64,000 bases of DNA from Bacteroidota bacterium (GTDB lineage Bacteria; Bacteroidota; Bacteroidia; 2-12-FULL-35-15). Within the stretch, counting starts at the first letter, position 1. Each line of letters begins with the position of its first letter. Where the stretch lies: NCBI GenBank assembly GCA_040388745.1, contig JAZKBF010000028.1, positions 55,418-119,417 of the forward strand, read 5' to 3'. A program made the position numbers and the translations under genes. The notes beneath the pieces are model-generated. The model searched no databases and was not told where the DNA came from. It saw only the letters and a program-made list of their open reading frames with translations. This document shows positions 19,304-28,066 of the stretch, in pieces.

Positions 19304-20307
19304 CAGTTATCGGTGGGGGATCATTTGGTACTGCCATTGCGTACCTTTTGGCTGCGAACAATGAGAAAGTGAAGATATGGTTGAGAGACGAAGCTATTGT
19401 TAATTCAATAAATACCCTGCACGAAAACTCAAGATATGCTCCCGGAGTTATTTTGCCTTCCTCAATTATTGCAACTTCTAATCTTGAATATGCAATTGCA
19501 GATTCTTCTTTAATATTCGTTAGTATTCCCAGTAAATCATTTAGAAAAGTAGCTACTGAAATAGGTAAATACGTGAAAGGCGACCAGATACTGATCACTA
19601 CAACAAAAGGCTTTGAGCAGGATACTTTTAAATCGATGACTGAATTATTAGCTGAAGAAACTCCTTGCCTGAAAATTGGAGCGTTGAGTGGTCCTAATTT
19701 TGCTTTTGAAATTCTAAGCGGAATGCCTGTAGGTAGCGTAATTGCAAGTAGATTTAATGAGGTAATTGAAAAAGTGCAGGAAGCCTTGGGTGGTAAAACC
19801 ATCCGGATATATGGCAACGAAGATGTTTGTGGTGTTGAATTAGCGGGTGCCTTGAAAAATATATATGCTATTTGTGCAGGTATAATTCAGGCAGGTGGTT
19901 TTGGTGAAAATGCTAAGAGCCTAATGATAGCAAGGGCATTGAGTGAAATGAGCCGGTTCGCATTTTATTTTAAAGCAAATCCTTCTACTTTTTTAGGGCT
20001 TGCAGGTGTTGGTGATTTAATTGCTACTTGTAATTCGGAGCTAAGTAGAAATTTTAGAATTGGCCGAAAAATTGTTGAAGGTTTATCACTTGAAGACGCG
20101 ATAACAAGCATTGGACAGGTAGCCGAAGGTGTTTATACGCTTAAAGCAGTTAAAGAAAAGGCTGATAGCCTTGGAATTGAAATGCCTATTGTAAATGCAA
20201 CATATAAAATTGTTTATGAAAATCAAACTATTCCAATGGTGTTAGAAGAACTAATGTCAATACCACATAGGAAGGATATTGAATTTAAATTTACATGTCC
20301 TGATTGA
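19282..20307 (+). CDS. gpsA: NAD(P)H-dependent glycerol-3-phosphate dehydrogenase
   Basis: VTVIGGGSFGTAIA Rossmann motif and the GpsA-specific blocks LSGPNFAFE and GLAGVGDLIATC. Confidence 0.85.
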   Translation: MATSKSVTVIGGGSFGTAIAYLLAANNEKVKIWLRDEAIVNSINTLHENSRYAPGVILPSSIIATSNLEYAIADSSLIFVSIPSKSFRKVATEIGKYVKGDQILITTTKGFEQDTFKSMTELLAEETPCLKIGALSGPNFAFEILSGMPVGSVIASRFNEVIEKVQEALGGKTIRIYGNEDVCGVELAGALKNIYAICAGIIQAGGFGENAKSLMIARALSEMSRFAFYFKANPSTFLGLAGVGDLIATCNSELSRNFRIGRKIVEGLSLEDAITSIGQVAEGVYTLKAVKEKADSLGIEMPIVNATYKIVYENQTIPMVLEELMSIPHRKDIEFKFTCPD

Positions 20308-20391
20308 GAAAAAATATTTTTATAATAAACTTTATATAAGTTAAAATACATTATAATGTTTACAACGAAATTGATGGTTAAAATGCTTACA

Positions 20392-20457
20392 CACACTTTC
20401 TCGACAAGCTCGAAATGACCATGCGCGCGGTCATTTCGAGCTTGTCGAGAAAGTGTG
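20392..20457. repeat. perfect 66-nt palindrome (GTCATTTCGAGC..GTCGAGAAAG family)
   Basis: cacactttctcgacaagctcgaaatgacc-atgcgcgc-ggtcatttcgagcttgtcgagaaagtgtg. The same family occurs at 27923-27981 and 35411-35584. Confidence 0.6.
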
Positions 20458-20508
20458 GCTGGCTATCTTAATGAATTTACTTATATAAAGTAAAATATAT
20501 ATTGTTGG

Positions 20509-21084
20509 ATGAAAGATTTAAAAAAACACAATTTAATATTGGCTTCAAAATCTCCACGAAGGCAGTATTTGATGAAAGAACTGGGATTAGATTTTGAGGT
20601 ACACACAAAAGATGTTGATGAAAGTTTTCCTGAAAATTTAAAAGCTCAGGAAATACCGCTTTATTTATGTCAGAAAAAGGCTGACGCTTTTGATGAAGAG
20701 CTAACCGATAACACCGTTGTAATAACGGCAGATACTATTGTTTGGATAGATAATCAGGTACTCAATAAACCTGAAAATTTTGACGATGCTGTGCGAATGC
20801 TGAAGCTACTCTCAGGTAAAAAGCATGAAGTATATACAGGAGTTTGTTTGAGATCAAAACATAAGACAAAAACATTTTATGCCTTAACCAACGTTTATTT
20901 CAAAGAATTATCACAAGAAGAAATAGAATATTATATCAATAATTTCAATCCATACGATAAAGCAGGGGCTTACGGTGCTCAGGAGTGGATCGGTTATATT
21001 GCTGTTGAGAAAATTGAAGGCTCCTATTTTAACGTGATGGGGCTTCCAGTAAGAGAATTATACGAAGAGTTATTGAAATTTTAA
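20509..21084 (+). CDS. maf: Maf-like nucleoside triphosphate pyrophosphatase
   Basis: LILASKSPRRQYLMKELGL..., ITADTIV, and an overall Maf fold across 191 aa. Confidence 0.85.
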   Translation: MKDLKKHNLILASKSPRRQYLMKELGLDFEVHTKDVDESFPENLKAQEIPLYLCQKKADAFDEELTDNTVVITADTIVWIDNQVLNKPENFDDAVRMLKLLSGKKHEVYTGVCLRSKHKTKTFYALTNVYFKELSQEEIEYYINNFNPYDKAGAYGAQEWIGYIAVEKIEGSYFNVMGLPVRELYEELLKF

Positions 21085-21186
21085 CAATTACATATTGCAT
21101 TTTTTATTGAACGATCCTTTATTGATAATAACTTACCAAAAGCAGTCAGTTTTTATTCCATTGGAATTTACTAACTTTGCATCCCA

Positions 21187-22521
21187 ATGAAAAAAGTCGC
21201 ATTCCATACATTAGGCTGTAAGCTGAACTTCTCAGAAACATCCACCATTGCACGTTTGTTTGAAGATCAAGGCTACAAAAAGGTTGATTTTAAAGAACCT
21301 TCTGATGTATATGTTATCAACACATGTTCCGTTACAGCCAATGCTGATAAGGAATGTAAACAAATTGTTAAAGCCGCATTGAATGTTTCACCTGATGCAT
21401 ACGTTGTAGTTGTTGGATGTTATGCGCAATTAAAGCCCGAAGAGATTTCTAATATTGAAGGAGTTGATCTGGTACTTGGTGCTTCCGAAAAATTCAAATT
21501 ACTCAATTATTTAAACGATTTAACTAAAAAATCAAAAGCCGAAATTTATAGCTGTGAAATTGAAGAAGCGAATTTTTTTGTAGATGCTTACTCTTTTGGC
21601 GACCGCACACGTGTTTTCCTTAAAGTACAGGATGGTTGTGATTACAACTGTTCATTCTGCACTATTCCATTAGCCCGTGGCAGCAGTCGTAGCGATACTG
21701 TTATAAACGCAGTAAAAAACGCTCATGATATTGCAAAGCAGAATGTAAAAGAGATCGTACTTACCGGTGTTAATCTGGGCGATTTTGGAAACAACGAGTC
21801 GAAAACAAGCAACCGTAAAGAAGAAACTTTTTTTGATCTGGTAAAAGAATTGGATAAGGTAGAAGGTATAGAGCGTTTTCGCATCTCTTCTATTGAACCT
21901 AATTTATTAAAAGATGAAATTATTGAATATGTAGCGCAATCAAAACGTTTTGTTCCTCATTTTCATATCCCATTACAATCGGGTAGCAATAAAATGTTGA
22001 AGGCTATGCGCAGACGTTATTTGCGTGAATTGTATTCGGAGCGTGTTGCAAAAATTAAAACATTAATGCCACAATGTTGTATTGGAGTGGATGTGATCGT
22101 GGGCTTTCCAGGTGAAACAGAAGAGGATTTTTTAGAAACGTACAACTTTTTAAATGAACTTAATATTTCCTACCTGCACGTATTCACTTATTCCGAGCGT
22201 GATAATACGGATGCAATTAATTTAAAAGATGCCGTTCCTGTTGCTATTCGCAAAAAACGCAACAAAATGTTACGCATACTTTCTGCAAAAAAAATACGTC
22301 ATTTTTACGAACAACATTTAGGAAATACATTTACAGTATTATTTGAAGGTGATAACAAAGATGGCTTTATGCATGGCTTTACAGATAATTATATCAAAGT
22401 AAAAACTCCATTTAATCCTGATTTTGTTAATCAATTAAAACAGGTTACTCTTAAAGAATTGGATGCTGATGGATCCGTGTTGGTCAATCATTATGCTGAA
22501 GAAACTTCTTCAATAGCCTAA
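21187..22521 (+). CDS. mtaB: tRNA t6A37 methylthiotransferase MtaB
   Basis: KVAFHTLGCKLNFSET, DVYVINTCSVT, VVGCYAQ and CSFCTIP closely parallel B. subtilis MtaB (YqeV). Confidence 0.8.
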   Translation: MKKVAFHTLGCKLNFSETSTIARLFEDQGYKKVDFKEPSDVYVINTCSVTANADKECKQIVKAALNVSPDAYVVVVGCYAQLKPEEISNIEGVDLVLGASEKFKLLNYLNDLTKKSKAEIYSCEIEEANFFVDAYSFGDRTRVFLKVQDGCDYNCSFCTIPLARGSSRSDTVINAVKNAHDIAKQNVKEIVLTGVNLGDFGNNESKTSNRKEETFFDLVKELDKVEGIERFRISSIEPNLLKDEIIEYVAQSKRFVPHFHIPLQSGSNKMLKAMRRRYLRELYSERVAKIKTLMPQCCIGVDVIVGFPGETEEDFLETYNFLNELNISYLHVFTYSERDNTDAINLKDAVPVAIRKKRNKMLRILSAKKIRHFYEQHLGNTFTVLFEGDNKDGFMHGFTDNYIKVKTPFNPDFVNQLKQVTLKELDADGSVLVNHYAEETSSIA

Positions 22522-22586
22522 AAAATAATAATTGTTTTTTGAAGACTAATTCCATTCGAAATAACAGCATTATTTCTAAAAAAACA

Positions 22587-23123
22587 TTAATTCAATTCAG
22601 TATTTGATAGTATGTTCTTATCATTATCAAAGAGTTGAAGCACCCAGTTCGGTGTTTTTTTGTTTAGGTTGGTCACCCCCGAATTGATAAGGACTTCCAT
22701 TAATGCCTGAGGCTCATCTTTTTTCCAAACTAAGCCTTTTGTCACTCCCACTGCCATTATCGTTCCATTCTGCTCAAATGTATGCAGGCAATACAGCCAT
22801 TTATCATCCCAACCAACAGTTTCAAGTTTAACATTAAATTTTGTTCCTAGTTTTATCGGTTTTTTATGAATTATTTTTTGAGAACCCAAAATCGGAGCCA
22901 GTCGTTTTTTTACAATGGCATTAAAAAAATTGGTCCTGGCTATCATTTCCCAGCGAATAAAATCCATATACACAAAATACTTGTGAGAGGTCATTACTCT
23001 GAGACCTTCACAATCGAACACCCCAACTCGATATGATCTTGTATAAACGTCCTCAAAGGAAAGTTTTTTTTGAAATTTACCACCAATTAAAATTCGGAAT
23101 AGGCGGTACCAGTAATATATCAT
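22587..23123 (-). CDS. hypothetical protein (possible hotdog-fold thioesterase-like)
   Basis: 178 aa. The assignment rests only on size and a beta-rich central region. There are no diagnostic motifs. Confidence 0.35.
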   Translation of the reverse strand: MIYYWYRLFRILIGGKFQKKLSFEDVYTRSYRVGVFDCEGLRVMTSHKYFVYMDFIRWEMIARTNFFNAIVKKRLAPILGSQKIIHKKPIKLGTKFNVKLETVGWDDKWLYCLHTFEQNGTIMAVGVTKGLVWKKDEPQALMEVLINSGVTNLNKKTPNWVLQLFDNDKNILSNTELN

Positions 23124-23354
23124 AAAAATAAAGCTTGTTTTTTTCTTATCGATCCGGTAAATCGATTATGATTTTCTTCTGGCAAATATAGTTTATTTGC
23201 TCTCTATCATAGTGATTTAAAATGTATAAATCAACCCATTTTTAATAAGTCTAAAAACTTTAATTTTTTCAACAAAAAAAAAGGTAACTCGTTAAATTCC
23301 AATAGCTTATTATTAACAGCCTGAACATGGCTTAAATGCAATCAAGCATCTCAC

Positions 23355-23362
23355 TATATTTG
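23355..23362 (+). promoter_or_regulatory. candidate Bacteroidetes -7 promoter box (TAtaTTTG) upstream of the SMC-like module
   Basis: It matches the TAnnTTTG consensus of the Bacteroidetes sigma-A -7 element and lies ~30 nt upstream of ATG 23393. No clear -33 TTG is present. Confidence 0.3.
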
Positions 23363-23392
23363 GTTCTCAAATAATTTTGAAACTCAAAAAAG

Positions 23393-26080
23393 ATGCTAAC
23401 ACGAATTTCTCTTATTAACTCCAAAGGCTACGGTAAAGCCGAAATGAAACTCGACAATTGTGATTCAATGCAGTTAGTTGGTCCGAATAACATTGGAAAA
23501 AGTACATTGATCTATGCTTTGAACTTTTTATTTGTTGTTGACGGGCAAAAAATGTCCTTCAGTGGTCAGCGAAAAGGCGATAAAGAAACGATCCATCACT
23601 ACTTTCCAACTCATAACAAGAGTTTTTTAATATTCGAAATAAATAAATTGGGCTATTACTGTATCCTTGTAAAAAGGAACACAGATGGCGAATTAGAATA
23701 TTACAAAATTGACAGTGAATATGATGAAGAGTATTTCTTCGAAAATGAAGGTGCTCACCAACGTTTATTGAATTTTGATGAAGTAATTGGAAAACTTCTT
23801 GAAAAAGGTATTGTGCATAGTAAATTCGCTACTAAATCAGATGTGTTTAATTTGGTTTATCACCGCGGTACGAAGAACAATGCAGTAGTTTGGTTGGAAG
23901 ATACCGTAAAAGCAGATGGTTTGAGTAATAACTTTTCGAAGGTGTATCGTTATTTGATCAACTCCAAATTGATCACTAACAAAACCCTTAAAGAGTCATT
24001 GATCATTGCGGATAATCGTGAGAACGAAGGCTTGAACTTCTCTCAGAAAAACAAAAAAGATATTACCGATCTATTACGTATCAATGAAGAAATAAAAAGT
24101 ATTAAGTCGGTACGCACTGATTTCCTTGAGTTTCGTGAGTCGGTAAAAGTATATAATTCAAAAACCAGGATAGTAAGTGAGTTAATATCCGCATTCAACA
24201 GTTCATACACTGCTGCTATTCCTGAGTTAGAAATTTCTTCTATTGAAAGAGGTAGACACATTGCCGCTGTTCACAACGAGATCAATGAGATATTAAAGCC
24301 TAAGGAATTAAATTATGCTTCTTATATCGGTGAAAAAAATGCCGATGTAAAAAACAAAACTAATTTGTTGGCTGAAAAGCAAGCTGCTTTGAACGAAATT
24401 CAAAAGTATGAAAGCGTTGATTTTTTAAAAGAATCTTTACGTAATTTAGATAAGGACCGCAAGGATATCGAAACTCGTTTTACTACTATTGAGATTCAAA
24501 AATTATCAAGCAAGCAATTGGAAATGCGTATTGATAAGTTAAATTATCAAATTGCATCTCTCGAAAATCAGATCGATAACTATAATAATTTATTGATTCA
24601 CAAAATTTCGGATAACGAAGAAGTGAAACAATTATTGAATTCTGTGCTTTCTGAGCAGGTTACCAGCTTGCCAAGTAAACAGATCAAAAAGCCGATCAAA
24701 AAAATATCTGATAAGTTATTAGCAATTTTTGATGGCGAAATTGATATCACTAAAGGCATTACCTTGAAAGAATTCAAATCAGTTAAAGAACTGAAAGACG
24801 AATTGAAAGGCTTGCTGATAGAGAAAAAACAAACTGAAGAACTATTAAAAACAGTTGTTGACAAAGAAAAAATTGATTCGAAATTAAAAGTTATTTTAAA
24901 TGAGATTGAATTAATTAAAGAGAAAGTAAAACTTATTGAGAGCAAACCTGCTTTAGAAAAGCAGATCCGTTCAATAACAGATGATATCAAAACCCTTACG
25001 CTTGAAAAGAAAGAGCTCGAAGAGTTTTTGAGTTCATTGGTTAAAGAGATTTCTCAAAAACAAATAATGTATGACAAACTGCAGGAAGAAAAACGCGGTT
25101 TGGAAGGACGTGTTAGAGAATTGAAAGAACGTAAAATTGAAGTGGAAGCGATCAATTTAGCTCCTACGGATTACGAAACAAATGATAACCTTGATTATAT
25201 CTTTTCTAAAATTCAAATCCATCAAAAAGACAGGATTGAATTGAAAGTTAAGAAAGACGCTACTTTTGATAATTTGAAATATCGTTTACGCAATAGCAGT
25301 GCAGACATAGAACAATTCATAAGTTTTGTTGAAGATGAAATTGCTTGTTTAGCAGATAAAGAACGTAGTATTGATGGTTTATTATCCAGTATTTCTACAC
25401 AGTTTGCAAACCCTGCATACACCTTGTTAAAGCGTTATGAGGAGTTCAAACAATTTGTGTATACAAAATTCAACGAAAAACTTTCTCAAACACGTATCTC
25501 CAATATCGAATCAATGAAAATTGATCTGTTGGATAATGAGCGTATCATTGGAGAGTTGAAGAAGATCGCTTCAATCCAGGAGTTTAACGGACAAATGAGT
25601 TTTGAATTTGACCAATCAGAAAATTTAAAAGTTCTGAACGCTTATTTGGACAGCGGTAAAAGAGTAAGCTTTGATGAATTATTTAACATCGAATTACTTC
25701 TTCATATCAAAGGAACTGATAAGCGTGTGGATCTTGCAAACCAGGTAGAATCAGATGGTACCGATCGTATGATCCGTTTGGTAATGATCATGTCAATTAT
25801 CAACAGACTTGCAGTAACCGATGAGCAAAATAAAATTGCTTTATTTATTGATGAGGTTGCAACAATTGATAAACAAAACCGTCCGGAGATCGTGAAATTT
25901 TGTAAGGAGCATAATTTCCTTCCAATTTTTGCTGCACCTGATGCTGTTGAAGGATTTAATAAATATTATTTTATTTACCCGTCAAAAGGTAAGATCAATA
26001 TCAGCGAAAAACAAAATGCTGTTATTGTGGAAAGAAATGGAACAGTTCAACCTATTACAAAAATAACAAAAAGTAAATAA
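23393..26080 (+). CDS. MukB/MksB/JetC-type SMC-like condensin ATPase (895 aa)
   Basis: N-terminal Walker A GPNNIGKST (nt 23480-23506). A ~450-aa Glu/Lys/Leu-rich coiled-coil region follows. The C-terminal head carries ESDGTDRMIRLVMIMSI (compare MukB LSTGEAIGTGMSILVMVV) and LFIDEVATID...LPIFAAPD (compare MukB LFLDEAARLD...LIIAAPEN). Confidence 0.6.
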   Translation: MLTRISLINSKGYGKAEMKLDNCDSMQLVGPNNIGKSTLIYALNFLFVVDGQKMSFSGQRKGDKETIHHYFPTHNKSFLIFEINKLGYYCILVKRNTDGELEYYKIDSEYDEEYFFENEGAHQRLLNFDEVIGKLLEKGIVHSKFATKSDVFNLVYHRGTKNNAVVWLEDTVKADGLSNNFSKVYRYLINSKLITNKTLKESLIIADNRENEGLNFSQKNKKDITDLLRINEEIKSIKSVRTDFLEFRESVKVYNSKTRIVSELISAFNSSYTAAIPELEISSIERGRHIAAVHNEINEILKPKELNYASYIGEKNADVKNKTNLLAEKQAALNEIQKYESVDFLKESLRNLDKDRKDIETRFTTIEIQKLSSKQLEMRIDKLNYQIASLENQIDNYNNLLIHKISDNEEVKQLLNSVLSEQVTSLPSKQIKKPIKKISDKLLAIFDGEIDITKGITLKEFKSVKELKDELKGLLIEKKQTEELLKTVVDKEKIDSKLKVILNEIELIKEKVKLIESKPALEKQIRSITDDIKTLTLEKKELEEFLSSLVKEISQKQIMYDKLQEEKRGLEGRVRELKERKIEVEAINLAPTDYETNDNLDYIFSKIQIHQKDRIELKVKKDATFDNLKYRLRNSSADIEQFISFVEDEIACLADKERSIDGLLSSISTQFANPAYTLLKRYEEFKQFVYTKFNEKLSQTRISNIESMKIDLLDNERIIGELKKIASIQEFNGQMSFEFDQSENLKVLNAYLDSGKRVSFDELFNIELLLHIKGTDKRVDLANQVESDGTDRMIRLVMIMSIINRLAVTDEQNKIALFIDEVATIDKQNRPEIVKFCKEHNFLPIFAAPDAVEGFNKYYFIYPSKGKINISEKQNAVIVERNGTVQPITKITKSK

Positions 26081-26083
26081 GAG

Positions 26084-27277
26084 ATGAAGGCTGAACCAAG
26101 AACCATACTGCGCTTTTTACTGGAGTATTTTGATATTATCAACGAATTGTATGAAACACAATCGAAAGGTGGTGTAATTCCTTATGAAACATTGAATCTC
26201 ATTACATCTAAGCACAACACGGATATTAAGTCGCAGTTGATTGACTATAAAATATTAAGTTCGGTTAATGATAATTACGAAATACGAACTGTTTACTATA
26301 ACCTGATCGAGTTTATTTTAAGTGAGTTCAAACCATTATTGCCTGAAACAATTGAAAAATATCATGTTTCAATTTCTGAATTATTCCGTAAAATTAAGGA
26401 AAACATTAATGGGGATAAAGTAATCTTAAATCAGCGATTAACTGAATTGGCTAATGAAATAAGGACATTCTATGAAATGGTAGAAAAAAATACCATTAGC
26501 TTATTGAATGAAACCCGCGAATTAAAAGCCAACGTTAAGAAAATTGATTACAGAGAAAAGATCGTTAGAGCCTCCCGCTGGATTGACGAATATATTATTC
26601 CTTTGAATAAAATCCTGGATATCAATCATAGTGCCTCTATTGCCAATAAATTATACGACATTTCTGAATATTCAAATAAATACCGTTTGAATTGCGATGA
26701 TGAAAGTACACGTGTATTGTTTGAAAAGCTTTATTTTCAATTGATACAAGTGAATGATAATTTGTTGCGCCAGTCGAAAATATTAACGACTGAATTATTA
26801 CCACTTATCGAGCGTATCCGCACCGAATCGATCATTTTAACAGGTTGGATCACATTCTTAAAAAATCCTTATAAGCAAAAGGTTCCTCCAATGTTTGAAT
26901 CGAAAAGAACGAATATCTATTCAAACAATACCTTCTTTAATGCTTCGGAAATATTCGAACAATTTAAAAATGAAACGGATATTTATTTTGAAGATGAAAT
27001 AAATACAGAGGAAAAGTGGATCTTCGATAAAGATTTTTTTACCAACAAATTAAAATCTAATTTACCTGTAGAGGATTTTTTTAAGTGGTGTAACAAAACG
27101 TTGAAAGAAGAATATAAAAAAGTGGAGATTGAAAAATTCTTTGCCTTAACTACCCTTGCCTTTGATGAGGACATTGAACGGGACTTTGGTAAAACTCCTG
27201 AATTCGACAAAATAAAAATTAACGATTTAACATTAACAGTTCCCAAAATAACAATCAATAAACATGGAATTTCCTAA
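26084..27277 (+). CDS. hypothetical protein, putative kleisin-like (MukF/MksF/JetA-like) partner of the SMC-like ATPase
   Basis: 397 aa. The start lies 3 nt after the ATPase stop. The protein is mostly helical and its N-terminus (EPRTILRFLLEYFDIINELY..GVIPYETL) resembles a winged helix. The assignment comes from position and size only. Confidence 0.5.
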   Translation: MKAEPRTILRFLLEYFDIINELYETQSKGGVIPYETLNLITSKHNTDIKSQLIDYKILSSVNDNYEIRTVYYNLIEFILSEFKPLLPETIEKYHVSISELFRKIKENINGDKVILNQRLTELANEIRTFYEMVEKNTISLLNETRELKANVKKIDYREKIVRASRWIDEYIIPLNKILDINHSASIANKLYDISEYSNKYRLNCDDESTRVLFEKLYFQLIQVNDNLLRQSKILTTELLPLIERIRTESIILTGWITFLKNPYKQKVPPMFESKRTNIYSNNTFFNASEIFEQFKNETDIYFEDEINTEEKWIFDKDFFTNKLKSNLPVEDFFKWCNKTLKEEYKKVEIEKFFALTTLAFDEDIERDFGKTPEFDKIKINDLTLTVPKITINKHGIS

Positions 27278-27788
27278 TCACCATCGCCAAATTGTAGAAG
27301 ATCTAATGAGTGGTAAATTTATTTTACCTTCTGAACGTACGTTTGCAGTTTTAAGAGATAACGAACAATCGTACACCTATTTCTTTAAAGCATCATTCAA
27401 TTATGATCTAAAGATCACTCAGGATTTTGTTTACCTGGTTTCAGATGAATCAAATGAAATGTTATCACGTGATGTATGTATTTTTATTGCTCTTTTAAGC
27501 TATGAGCTTGACCGCGATGGAAAAAATTTTTTAGAAAGGATTCAATTCAGTGAGTTTGAGATCGAAGAAATTGAAAATTACTTTACCAACTCATCATATA
27601 TTGATTTGATCTTATCAAACAAACAATTGAAGGACGCAGACTCCCGTAAAAACTTTATCAATACACTAAACCGTAGAAATATCATCGAAAAAACTGCTGA
27701 TAGCCGTTTTGTGTTTACATCAGCACATAAATTCTTTATGGACTTTGCAGCGGATATTGTGAAGTTTGAAAATGTAGAAAAAGAGTAA
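27264..27788 (+). CDS. hypothetical acidic protein, MukE/MksE/JetB-like
   Basis: 174 aa, overlapping the upstream gene by 14 nt. The segment NEQSYTYFFKASFNYDLKITQDFVYLVS parallels MukE [28 protein letters not shown]. Confidence 0.5.
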   Translation: MEFPNHHRQIVEDLMSGKFILPSERTFAVLRDNEQSYTYFFKASFNYDLKITQDFVYLVSDESNEMLSRDVCIFIALLSYELDRDGKNFLERIQFSEFEIEEIENYFTNSSYIDLILSNKQLKDADSRKNFINTLNRRNIIEKTADSRFVFTSAHKFFMDFAADIVKFENVEKE

Positions 27789-27824
27789 TACCACACTCAT
27801 TTTCATCGTTATAACAAAGTATAG

Positions 27825-27860
27825 ACCTGACAGTTTTTTAAAACCTGTCAGGTCTTTTCT
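27825..27860 (+). terminator. rho-independent terminator of the three-gene module
   Basis: gacctgacag-ttttttaaaa-cctgtcaggtc hairpin followed by ttttct. Confidence 0.6.
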
Positions 27861-27922
27861 GTTTAGCTTTGTTGTAATATGATTGGATAAATATTTTTAT
27901 CTGAGTTTTAAATCCACCCATC

Positions 27923-27981
27923 TTTCTCGACTCCGCTCGAAATGACAACGCGCCTGGTCATTTCGAGCGGAGTCGAGAAAG
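27923..27981. repeat. palindromic repeat (GTCATTTCGAGC..GTCGAGAAAG family)
   Basis: ctttctcgactccgctcgaaatgac-aacgcgcctg-gtcatttcgagcggagtcgagaaag. Confidence 0.6.
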
Positions 27982-28066
27982 CGCCAAGAGCTGAATGAAT
28001 CAAAGGTTTTGAATATGTAATTGGTAGAAAATAGAATGAAATTTTGAAATGAAGAAATCGATAACT

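Noticed and set aside
19203-19817. 204-aa minus-strand ORF
   Set aside because: It is antisense to gpsA, whose Rossmann and GpsA motifs are intact.
22587-23123. Possibility that the divergent 178-aa gene is a fourth (JetD-like) component of the SMC-like module
   Set aside because: It is far too small for a Toprim/JetD protein of about 400 aa, and no E..DxD Toprim motif is evident. It is on the opposite strand with its own orientation.
24598-24990. 130-aa minus-strand ORF inside the SMC-like ATPase gene
   Set aside because: It is antisense to the coiled-coil region, where GAA/AAA-rich sense codons give a TTC/TTT-rich antisense that encodes a Phe/Ser-rich low-complexity peptide.
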